NCBI GenBank assembly: GCA_945903545.1
Contig: CAMDOO010000005.1
Coordinates: 5,915-69,914, forward strand
Reading direction: 5' to 3'
DNA length: 64,000 nt
From: Opitutus sp. GAS368
Lineage (GTDB): Bacteria; Verrucomicrobiota; Verrucomicrobiia; Opitutales; Opitutaceae
The first letter of the stretch is position 1. Every line of letters begins with the position of its first letter. Below are positions 43,234 through 51,376 of this stretch, one piece after another. Under the pieces are notes generated by a model that did not search any database, was not told the DNA's origin, and saw nothing but the letters and a program-made list of their open reading frames with translations. Both the position numbers and the translations under genes were made by a program.

Positions 43234-44297
43234 TTATCCTTTTTTTGGCGCCAACCGCCGGAGCAAATCCAGCGCCCGGCCGGAGAGACGCCCCAGCCCG
43301 AAGCGAAAATTCCGAAACCCGCTCTCCAGCAGCAACCAGTCGCCGCCGAACACCGCGCGCAGCAGGAACTGCCGCCACACCTCCCGGCCGGTGCGCACCG
43401 ACTGCGGCGGGAAATCAAATCCCTTCCGGCGCGCCGCCACCTCGTCGCGCGCCGCCGTGAGCGCCACGACATACGGCCGGTAGATCGCGTTCCGCAGGCG
43501 CACCGGCATGATGCCGTAGTCGAGCTGGCCCGATTGCCACCAGCCCTCGCCCGCCGCCCGGAAACGCGCGAAATGGAACACCACCAGCGGCCCGCCGTTG
43601 ACCGTGACCGCCCCGTGGCGGTCCACGCCGATCGCCGTGGCCTCCCAGTTCCATGGCGCCAGGTTCACGGCCGCATCGCCCAGCACGAGCAGGGCCGGCC
43701 CGAGCAGGTTCGGCCAGCGCTCGAGGTACTTCTGGTCGGCGTAGCGGTCCGCCTCCACCCGGTCATGGCACCACGCAAGGCAGCGCTCCCGCCAGTCATC
43801 GAGGCAGGCCTGCCCGCGCCGGTCGTTGCGGAAGACCAGGAGGCCCACGTTGAACCGGCCGTGCCGCTCGTAAGGCTTCAGCCACGGGGGGAAACGGTGC
43901 TCCGTCACCACCACGCTCGCCTCCGCGAGGTCCATCGCGGCGAAGATCCTCTCGGGACCGGAGAAGAAAAACAGGTCGGCATCGAGATAGGTCAGGCGCG
44001 TGAGCCCGGCCCGGGCGGCAAGCAGCCACCGCGGCCAGCAGGGCGACAGCGTGAAGTAATACTCGACGCGCGTGCGTTCCCCCTTCGTTCGCGCCAGTTC
44101 CGGATCCGCCGCCTCCAGTTCCGCGAGCGGCACCACGTGGAGGCGGGGTTCGCCCAGTTCCGCGAGCACTTCGGCGGTGAACCCGTCGAGTGCCAGCACC
44201 CAGAGCTCCGCCGCCGGATCATGCCGAGCCAGCGACCGCCAGAGGGCGAGGCCCTGCGGCAGGAAGCCGCGGTCGAAGTAGGTGCAATAGGCGTTCA
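43234..44297 (-). CDS. nucleotide-diphospho-sugar transferase (GT8-like) protein
   Basis: The real start is ATG 44297 (MNAYCTYFDRGFLPQGLALWRSL). 'YLDADLFFF' looks like a DxD-type motif. Its start overlaps the stop of the upstream methyltransferase. Confidence 0.6.
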
Positions 44298-45020
44298 TGG
44301 GGCCCCGGCCCGACGCGCCGTCACGACGTTGTCGAGATAGAGGTCGGGATTGCCGGGGAGCACGGCCGCCAGCACCGCGCCCACGAGGTTGACCGGCGCA
44401 ATCAGCAGGAGTTGCGCCGCCAGGTTCAACAGGCGCAGCCGGGTGCGCGTGACCTTGAAGATCCAGCCCGCGAGCAGCTGGACCGGCGTGCGCAGGTCCG
44501 GCGCGGTCTTCTCGAGCGTCTCCACCGTCCAGCCCGTGCGCTCCAGCAGCGCTCGCAGCCCGAACGACGAATAGCGGGCAAAGTCCACCGGCTGCTCGTG
44601 CTCGTCCCAGACGAACGGCACCGTGAGCACCAGTGGCCCGCCCGGGCGCACCACGCGGCGCAACTCCCGGAGGAAGGCCTCGGGCTCGAAGACATGCTCG
44701 AGCACCTGCGAGCAGATCACCGCGTCGAAGCTGGCATCGGCAAAGGGCAGGGTCCGGCCGTCGTAAAAGACATCGGCCCGGCCGAGCGCGCGCGTCACCG
44801 CGTCGTCGATATCCACCCCCACGTAACGCGTGGCCCGCGTCCAGCCCTCGTAGGGTTTGCGCCCGCAGCCGACGTCGAGCACCTCTCCCCGCAACTCCCC
44901 GAGCCGGGGCCGCCGCGCCCCCGCCAGGCCGCGGCGGGCGAAATAAAACGGCGTGCAGACGAGCCCGGCCAGTCCGGGATCGAACTGCTGCCGCCACCAC
45001 CAGGTGCGCAAGGTGCTCAT
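44295..45020 (-). CDS. class I SAM-dependent methyltransferase
   Basis: 241 aa. 'VLDVGCGRKPY', 'FDAVICSQVLEHV', and 'LRPGGPLVLTVP'. Confidence 0.8.
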   Translation of the reverse strand: MSTLRTWWWRQQFDPGLAGLVCTPFYFARRGLAGARRPRLGELRGEVLDVGCGRKPYEGWTRATRYVGVDIDDAVTRALGRADVFYDGRTLPFADASFDAVICSQVLEHVFEPEAFLRELRRVVRPGGPLVLTVPFVWDEHEQPVDFARYSSFGLRALLERTGWTVETLEKTAPDLRTPVQLLAGWIFKVTRTRLRLLNLAAQLLLIAPVNLVGAVLAAVLPGNPDLYLDNVVTARRAGAP

Positions 45021-45032
45021 GGGCGCAATTCC

Positions 45033-45842
45033 TCAGCCGCCCGCCCCGCGGCGGCGGAAATGAAATCCCCGGTATTCGGCCGTCCCATCCACCGCATCAA
45101 ACGCCACCGGCCACTCCGCCGCGAGTTCGTAGTCGCGGGCCAGCGGCGCCAGCAGCTGCTCCCGGTTGAACACCCGGCATGCCATGCACCCTCCCCCGAG
45201 CCCGGCCGGCGTGTGCTGCACGCAGATCCGCCCCCGGCCCGTCGGGTCCAGCGCGGTCCGGTCCAGGATGATGTCCCGCCAGCCCCGCCCCGCCTCCGTC
45301 GCGAGCAGCGCCATCGGGTCCGGCAGGTACTGCAGCACGCTGGACAACAGGAGCGTGGCGGGCTTCCCGGTCGCAACGGCCTCGTCTACCGTGGCGTGAA
45401 ACGAGAGCGTGGCATCAGCGAACTCGCGCCGGCCGGCCGCCACCAGTGCGGGCACCTCGACCACCCGCCACGCCGTGGCGGCCGGCAGCCAGGCCCGGTG
45501 CTGGTGCCACGCGCTGCCAAGGGCGCCCCCATAATCCACCACTTCCAGCCGTCCGCCCTCCGCCGCCGCGGCCGCCTGCAGCGCCGCCAGCAGCGGCGGG
45601 TGCGGTTCCGCCGCCGCAAAAGTCACGCCGTCCCGTTCCCAGGCCGCGCGGCCGTCCCGCACGGCGCGGGCCGCTGCGACCACGCGGTCGGCTTTGCTGC
45701 TGGTCACGCCGGCCGCAATGACCGCCGCCTCCCAAGTCGCATAATCCCCGCGCAGCCAGCGCCAGCCGAACCAGCGCCGCCACAGGGCCCGGGCCGGCGC
45801 AGGCACGAGGGACTTGAGGACCGAACGCGCGGAGGTCGTCAT
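45033..45842 (-). CDS. methyltransferase resembling the LIC12133 (TIGR04325) family
   Basis: ATG 45842. 'WLRGDYATWEAAV..AWERDGVTF..LEVVDYGGALGSAWHQH..WRVVEVPALVAAG..LLSSVLQYLPDP..IILDRT'. The family is recalled from memory, not searched. Confidence 0.6.
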   Translation of the reverse strand: MTTSARSVLKSLVPAPARALWRRWFGWRWLRGDYATWEAAVIAAGVTSSKADRVVAAARAVRDGRAAWERDGVTFAAAEPHPPLLAALQAAAAAEGGRLEVVDYGGALGSAWHQHRAWLPAATAWRVVEVPALVAAGRREFADATLSFHATVDEAVATGKPATLLLSSVLQYLPDPMALLATEAGRGWRDIILDRTALDPTGRGRICVQHTPAGLGGGCMACRVFNREQLLAPLARDYELAAEWPVAFDAVDGTAEYRGFHFRRRGAGG

Positions 45843-45856
45843 GGGGCAACCTCCGG

Positions 45857-45958
45857 GGTGACAAGTGACGGGTGACGAGTGACGCGCATCGGAGGACAAA
45901 CGTCGGAGACTCTGGATCGTGTTTTCATTCTCGTCACCCGTCACGCGTCACTTGTCAC
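45857..45958. repeat. gene-less heptad-periodic (RGTGACR)n long hairpin inside the glycan operon
   Basis: GGTGACAAGTGACGGGTGACGAGTGACGCG ... CTCGTCACCCGTCACGCGTCACTTGTCAC. Confidence 0.85.
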
Positions 45959-46684
45959 TGCCCCAATCAGCGGCGCCGGCATCTCCGTCCTGCGCGGGTG
46001 CTGGTTGCCGGAGAAATAGGCGTGGAAGACCGCCCGGGCGTCATCGCGGCTCCAGGCACCCCGCCGCACGCCGGGCCAGCGCGCGAGGTCCGCCTCGCGC
46101 ACGTCCTGCACCGACCAGCAGCGCACCACGACCTTGCTCACCTCAAGTGCGCCGAGGGCGGCGATCCGATGGTTGCCGTCGAGGATGATGAACCGTTCCG
46201 CGCCGTTCTCCGCCCGCAGCCGGCGCGCATGCGGCCAGCCAGCGTGGGCGGCGGGAGCGTAGCCGCGCTTGAGGATCGAATGGTAGGTGGACTCCAGCCA
46301 GCGGAATTCCTCCTCGATCCGCGCGGTCTGCACTCCCGCCTCCGAAAAATGCGTGAGGATATCCGGACAATCCTCCGGCAGCAGCCGCCACGCCGGCGGG
46401 GCCGCCCGCCGTGCCCACGGATACTGCCACAGCGGATGCGGTTGCGACAGCTTCACCCCGAGTGCGCTGCCAAAGTCGTGCGGCCGGTAGTGGCGGAGAA
46501 AATCCGTGAAGGCCGCCTGCAGCTCCGCCTTCGGCCGGTGCGCTGTCAGCCCCGCGCAGTAGTCCTCGTAGGGATTGCATCCCGTCCGGCCATAGCGCCA
46601 GCCGCCGAAATGCACGCAGGCCGCGAGCGGCACCTCGACCGGCCGGCCGAGGAGATTATGCACGATGCGGCGCAGCCCGTGCAT
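45941..46684 (-). CDS. hypothetical protein with a ParB/sulfiredoxin-fold-like motif
   Basis: 'RFIILDGNHRIAALGAL' resembles the DGxHR block of ParB N-terminal-like domains. The ATG at 46684 overlaps the upstream stop (TGATG). The stop lies inside the 45857..45958 hairpin. Confidence 0.4.
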   Translation of the reverse strand: MHGLRRIVHNLLGRPVEVPLAACVHFGGWRYGRTGCNPYEDYCAGLTAHRPKAELQAAFTDFLRHYRPHDFGSALGVKLSQPHPLWQYPWARRAAPPAWRLLPEDCPDILTHFSEAGVQTARIEEEFRWLESTYHSILKRGYAPAAHAGWPHARRLRAENGAERFIILDGNHRIAALGALEVSKVVVRCWSVQDVREADLARWPGVRRGAWSRDDARAVFHAYFSGNQHPRRTEMPAPLIGAVTSDA

Positions 46685-47418
46685 CACGCCCTTCCCTGCG
46701 CCGGGGTGTCACCAGCCCGCGTGAGGAAATATACCCGGTTGAGCAGGCCCGCGGCGTCCGCGCCGAAGTCATGGACCCGTGCCACCACCAAACCGGCGGC
46801 CGCGATCGCCTGCCGGATCTCGTCGTCGCCGTGCGAAAAACTCGCGATATGCGACCAGGGCTGGACCGGCGGCCCGCCCAGCGCCGCGCGCAGCCGCCGC
46901 CAAGTCGGGCCGAGTTTGCGGCGCAGTCCCGGCGCGAATGGCCGGGGTTGCCCGGCCGGCCGCACGGCGAAGACCTGCAGCACGACTTCGCGGCGCGCCA
47001 CCCGGTGGAATTCCTGCAGCACGCGCCGGTAGACCGGCGCCGGCAGCAGGTGGAACAGCCGCCAGCTCAACACGCAGTCGACTGCGCCGTCCGCCAGTGG
47101 CAGGCGCTCGGCGTCGGCCGCCTGCACGGTGAGCCCCGGGGTGGCCGCCGGCCAGCGGCGGCGGATCGGGGCAAGCATGTCGTCGGAAATGTCCATCGCG
47201 TGCACCTGCAGGCCGCGGGCGAGAAACGCCTCCGTGAAGCGGCCGGTGCCGGCCGGGACGTCCAGTACTCCCTGGCCGGGGGACAGCGTGGCGGTCCAGT
47301 CGGTCACAAACTGCTGCTCCACCTGCCAGATCGCCTCCCCCACCCGGTCGCGGTCGTAGTGCTCGGCGATGGGGCCGCGGTAGGCGGTTTTTCCGGCGTA
47401 GTCGGCGGGTTTGGTCAT
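46684..47418 (-). CDS. class I SAM-dependent methyltransferase
   Basis: 244 aa. 'VLDVPAGTGRFTEAFLARG', 'VDCVLSWRLFHLL'. ATGA overlap with the flippase stop. Confidence 0.8.
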   Translation of the reverse strand: MTKPADYAGKTAYRGPIAEHYDRDRVGEAIWQVEQQFVTDWTATLSPGQGVLDVPAGTGRFTEAFLARGLQVHAMDISDDMLAPIRRRWPAATPGLTVQAADAERLPLADGAVDCVLSWRLFHLLPAPVYRRVLQEFHRVARREVVLQVFAVRPAGQPRPFAPGLRRKLGPTWRRLRAALGGPPVQPWSHIASFSHGDDEIRQAIAAAGLVVARVHDFGADAAGLLNRVYFLTRAGDTPAQGRA

Positions 47419-48725
47419 GAAAGGAGATCGCGAATCGCGAGGCTACGCCACGGGAGGCGCCCGGCAAACCTGGTTTTCTGCGCCCACCACGGGGTCGCCA
47501 GCGCCATCACCGCCTGGGCGGTGAGGTAACTCATGGCGGCGCCGAGCGCACCGTAGCGCGGGGCGAGGAACCACAACAGGCCCAGGTGCACCACCATGCC
47601 GGCGGCGAACGAGACGAGGATGAACTGCTGCAGCCCATCCGCGAGATACCACTTCCCGCGGACCGCGATCTGCGTCGCGAAGACGTTGCCCCAGGCAAGC
47701 AATATCAGCACCGGAGCCGACGCGGCGAACTGCGGCCCGAGCGCCAGCGGCACCAGCCAGGGGCCGGTCACGGTCACACCCACGGCGATGCCAATCGCGA
47801 GCCAGGTCATGAGGCCCAGGAACCGCGTCGTGCGCTTTTCAAAGGCCGCCCGCTCGCCCTGGCGCGCAGCCACGAGCCGGGGAAAGTAGGAGTTGATCAC
47901 CGCGAGGGGAAAGAACTCGAGCGCGTCGGCCAGCCGGATGCCCGCGGCGTAGCGGCCGAGCGTCTCCGGCCCGGCGAGATGCGTGAGCAGCAGCTGGTCG
48001 AATTTCAGGTAGCCGGCGATCGCGACATCCGCCAAGGCCAGCGGCCAGGCCGCCGCCAGCAGGCGGAGCGCGATGGCGCCATCCCAGGCGCCCCACGCCA
48101 CCTCGCCGCCCGTCGCCCCGATCCGCAGGGCGAGGCGCAGCGCCCCCGCGTTGAGGGCGAATTCCCCCACCCAGACCCACACAAACCACGCCAGCGGGGC
48201 CTCGCGGTGCAGGAACCAGAGCCGGAGCCCGTTCGCGAGCAGGCAGGCGCTCATCCGTGCCATCGCCGGGAAACGCGCCGCCACCCGGCTCTGGAAAAAA
48301 AGATCCGCCGTGAGGAAGGGCTGGAACACCAGACCGAGCAGCGCGATGTTCACCAGCCGCATCGCGGGGTCGTCCGGCGGCAGGAACAGCCAGGCCGACA
48401 GCCAGCCGAGTCCCGCCGCCAGGATCGCGGCGCCGGCCTTGAGCCGGAAAGCCGTGCCGAAGATCTGCGCGGTTTCGCCGCGGCGGGCGACGAACTCATG
48501 GATGACCACGTAGTCGAGCCCGAGCAGGGCCAGCGGCAGGAGGAAGCCCGCGAAGGCCTGCGCGTAGCTGAGGCGGCCGATGCCCTCGGGACCGAGGGAA
48601 CGCGTCATGAGGCCGAACACCACCAGCGTGACGACCGCCCGCACCGCCTGGTCCAGGTAGAGCCAGCCGGCGTTCACGAGGATGCCGCGGGCGCCGGTCT
48701 GCTGCTCGGGCGAGTTGGCCGTCAT
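47415..48725 (-). CDS. MOP/Wzx-type polysaccharide (oligosaccharide) flippase
   Basis: ORF 47415..48761(-) starts at a TTG. The first ATG is 48725. About 12 TM helices. 'ILVNAGWLYLDQAVRAVVTLVVFGLMTRSLGPEGIGRLSYAQAF' is a typical N-terminus. Confidence 0.8.
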   Translation of the reverse strand: MTANSPEQQTGARGILVNAGWLYLDQAVRAVVTLVVFGLMTRSLGPEGIGRLSYAQAFAGFLLPLALLGLDYVVIHEFVARRGETAQIFGTAFRLKAGAAILAAGLGWLSAWLFLPPDDPAMRLVNIALLGLVFQPFLTADLFFQSRVAARFPAMARMSACLLANGLRLWFLHREAPLAWFVWVWVGEFALNAGALRLALRIGATGGEVAWGAWDGAIALRLLAAAWPLALADVAIAGYLKFDQLLLTHLAGPETLGRYAAGIRLADALEFFPLAVINSYFPRLVAARQGERAAFEKRTTRFLGLMTWLAIGIAVGVTVTGPWLVPLALGPQFAASAPVLILLAWGNVFATQIAVRGKWYLADGLQQFILVSFAAGMVVHLGLLWFLAPRYGALGAAMSYLTAQAVMALATPWWAQKTRFAGRLPWRSLAIRDLLS

Positions 48726-48858
48726 GGCCGCCGAGGTTGAGGCCCCCGCGCGGACCGTCAACGGCGGTTGCCGGCAAAACCGGATTCACAGGAATTTGGC
48801 ACGCAGAGAGCGCGGGGAACGCCGAGGGGTACCGGAGATCCAGACGGCCAAACAGGAA

Positions 48859-48942
48859 GGGAACGCTAATCTGCGCTGATCTTCGCGAATGGGATCCGGA
48901 GGCTCGGACAATTAGCGTGGACTAGCGCAGATCAGCGTTCCC
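48859..48942. repeat. GGGAACGCTRATCTGCGCT inverted repeat
   Basis: GGGAACGCTAATCTGCGCTGATC ... CTAGCGCAGATCAGCGTTCCC. Confidence 0.75.
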
Positions 48943-48948
48943 TACGCT

Positions 48949-49212
48949 TCAGCTCGTTTTCCGTTTCTGGCGCCAATACGTCAGCCCCGGCTCGAATACC
49001 GTCGCCGGCAGATCCTCGAGCCGCCCGCGCAGGAATTCCTCCGCGTGCTTCACACCCTGGTTGTAGGCCAGCGGGGCGATCTCCTTCACGATGTAGTCAA
49101 GGAGCAGCTTCGCCTGCAGGTCACCGATCTCCCGCTCCAGCTCCGCCGCGCAGTATTTCTTCAGCGAGTGGATGGCTTCGTCGGTTTCCGGCTGGGTGAG
49201 GGTGATGGGCAT
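48949..49212 (-). CDS. DUF2164-like small protein
   Basis: ATG 49212. 'MPITLTQPETDEAIHSLKKYCAAELEREIGDLQAKLLLDYIVKEIAPLAYNQGV'. Confidence 0.6.
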   Translation of the reverse strand: MPITLTQPETDEAIHSLKKYCAAELEREIGDLQAKLLLDYIVKEIAPLAYNQGVKHAEEFLRGRLEDLPATVFEPGLTYWRQKRKTS

Positions 49213-49365
49213 GGGAGGAAGTTGTCCTCGGTTAAAGCGGTCGGGACTCCCGAACACCCTCATTCGAGACGAGGACACACGATATTATGAGTGTAGAGCG
49301 AGCATGTGCAGAGATCTCGTCGCTTGCCTAGGGAGGTTGAACGCGAGAGCTGCACTTTTTCAGTT

Positions 49366-49548
49366 TCAGTTAGCTTGGCCATAGATCGCGAACACCTCGT
49401 TCGGAAAACCAATGGAATTCAGGGTGTGTTGTTTGATTGAGCCAAGATCACCATCAAAAACTTCATGACCCCACTTCACTTTCCTTGCATCGCACCGTCT
49501 CAGATCGTGGATAGAATCTTTGCGCCTTCTGCGCCTTTTTGCGGCCAT
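49366..49548 (-). CDS. orphan 60-aa ORF in a low-GC islet (possibly a gene remnant)
   Basis: ATG 49548. Basic N-terminus 'MAAKRRRRRKDS'. No family recognised. It is the only ORF consistent with the local ~49% GC block. Confidence 0.25.
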   Translation of the reverse strand: MAAKRRRRRKDSIHDLRRCDARKVKWGHEVFDGDLGSIKQHTLNSIGFPNEVFAIYGQAN

Positions 49549-49655
49549 TAATCCGAAGAGATCGCGGCAGGTTGTGGATAACCCGCGCTACCCCGATTCA
49601 TCGCGGCCGGCTCGTCAGCCTTCGCCAAGCCTATGGCTGACAAGTCGAGCCAGCC

Positions 49656-51248
49656 CTACCTCGGACCGCCGGGGACGTCGGCCCCTACCTCATCTGCGGA
49701 TACTCGCGCGGCTTCTTCGGTGGTCGTGATGCCTTCACCGACCAAGCGCCGGGCTTCAGTACTCAGCGCACGCATGCCTTGGCTCTGACAGTGCTCCCTG
49801 AGCGCCGTGCCCGTGGTGCCAGAGGCAACCAGGTCGCGCCAAGCATTCGAGACAGGCATCCATTCGAAAACGCCCGTCCGGCCCTTGAATTCGTTCGTGG
49901 CCGGGTCGAGCCGGCGCACCAAGCGCTGGGCCAGCACGCCTTCCACCGCTGCCGCGACGAGGTAGGGCTCCACTCCGAGGTCGATCAGGCGCGTCACGGC
50001 TCCGACGGCGTCGTTCGTGTGCAGGGTTGAGAGCACGAGGTGACCGGTCAGGGAGGCCTGGACGGCAATCCGGGCGGTCTCGGCGTCGCGGATTTCCCCG
50101 ACCATGATTACGTCGGGGTCCTGGCGCAGCATCGCGCGCAGGGCCGAGCCGAAGCCGAGGCCGGCGGCGGGGTTGGCCGTCACCTGCATCACGCCGTCGA
50201 TCTCGTACTCCACGGGATCCTCGATGGTGATGATGCGCACGTCGGGTTGATTGAGGCGGCGCAGCGCGGCGTAGAGAGTCGTGGTCTTGCCGGCGCCGGT
50301 CGGGCCGGTCACGAGCACCAGGCCGTGCGGGCGGGCGATCGCGGCGGAGAGGCCCGCGAGCACGTCGGGTGGCATGCCGAATTCGTCGAGGCCGGTCCGC
50401 ACGGCGCCCGGGTCGAGCACGCGCAGGACAACGCTCTCGCCGGACCAAGTCGGCAACGTGGAGAGACGGAGATCGACGGTGCGGCCGTCCACCGCGAGCC
50501 GGATCCGGCCGTCCTGCGGCAGGCGGCGCTCGGCGATGTCGAGGTTGGCGAGGACCTTCAGGCGGGAGATGACCGCCAGCTCGAGGCCGGAGGGGATCGG
50601 GTCGAGGAGCGCCAGCACGCCGTCGACGCGGAGACGGACTTGGAGGAGATCGCCGGCGGGTTCGAAGTGGAGATCGCTGGCGCGGTCGCGGACGGCGCGG
50701 TGCAGGAGCCCATCGACGAGGATGATGACGGACGGGGTCGAAGATTGGGCGAGAAGGTCCGAGTTGGGGACGGAGCCGGGCGACGGATCGTCATCGCGGC
50801 CGGCCGTTTCGACAAGCTCAAGGCCCCGAGCCTGTCGAGGGGCTCGGCGAGCCAGCCCTACCTCGGAATCGGGATCGCGGGCACCTCGGAGAAGCGCCCC
50901 TACCTGTTGATCCGGTGCGCCGAGCACAAGGGTGGCTTCGCGACCGAGCTTGAAGGTGAGGTCGTCGAGGGCCTCCAGAGCGAAGGGATCGGGGGTGAAG
51001 AGGCGGGACTCGCGATCCAGGGCACCTCGGAGAGGCGCCCCTACCTTTGTTTCCCAGCCGAGGGCGGCGGTGAGTTCGGCGGACAGCTCGGGCCGGGTGA
51101 GCAGGCCGGATTCGCGCAGGAAGTCGCCGAGGGGACGCCCCGCGGATTCTGCGGCGGCGAACAGTTCATCGAGACGGGCCGGTGGGAGCACCCCGCGGGC
51201 GGCCAGGGCGTCGCGCACAGCGCGGTTACGCTCGATGGGCAGGATCAT
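49656..51248 (-). CDS. atypical GspE/PulE-family ATPase (no tetracysteine motif, repeat-invaded N-terminal domain)
   Basis: 530 aa. Walker A 'GPTGAGKTTT', 'IEDPVEYEI', Walker B 'DPDVIMVGEIRD', '[14 protein letters not shown]'. The C-terminus 'RLVRRLDPATNEFKGRTGVFEWM' lacks Cys. The last ~10 codons run into a REP element. Confidence 0.85.
   Translation of the reverse strand: MILPIERNRAVRDALAARGVLPPARLDELFAAAESAGRPLGDFLRESGLLTRPELSAELTAALGWETKVGAPLRGALDRESRLFTPDPFALEALDDLTFKLGREATLVLGAPDQQVGALLRGARDPDSEVGLARRAPRQARGLELVETAGRDDDPSPGSVPNSDLLAQSSTPSVIILVDGLLHRAVRDRASDLHFEPAGDLLQVRLRVDGVLALLDPIPSGLELAVISRLKVLANLDIAERRLPQDGRIRLAVDGRTVDLRLSTLPTWSGESVVLRVLDPGAVRTGLDEFGMPPDVLAGLSAAIARPHGLVLVTGPTGAGKTTTLYAALRRLNQPDVRIITIEDPVEYEIDGVMQVTANPAAGLGFGSALRAMLRQDPDVIMVGEIRDAETARIAVQASLTGHLVLSTLHTNDAVGAVTRLIDLGVEPYLVAAAVEGVLAQRLVRRLDPATNEFKGRTGVFEWMPVSNAWRDLVASGTTGTALREHCQSQGMRALSTEARRLVGEGITTTEEAARVSADEVGADVPGGPR
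50879..50905. repeat. 27-nt REP-like unit inside the GspE-like CDS (copy 1)
   Basis: GGGCACCTCGGAGAAGCGCCCCTACCT. Matches 51020..51046 at 26/27 positions. Confidence 0.9.
51020..51046. repeat. 27-nt REP-like unit inside the GspE-like CDS (copy 2)
   Basis: GGGCACCTCGGAGAGGCGCCCCTACCT. Confidence 0.9.
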
Positions 51249-51376
51249 CGGCGGATTCAGCGTGAACGATCAGTAATCAGACCCCGGAGGTTTAACCGCA
51301 GGTGACTCAGAGGACACAGATGAGGAACCTCAGTATCCGGTTCGGATCTGCGTAATCCGCGGTTAAAAACTCCGGC

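Noticed and set aside
43234-45000. 588-aa ORF that would fuse the GT8-like protein to a long N-terminal extension.
   Set aside because: The extension is Arg/Ala/Gly-rich noise that overlaps, in another frame, a well-formed methyltransferase gene (44295..45020). A clean ATG at 44297 overlaps that gene's stop.
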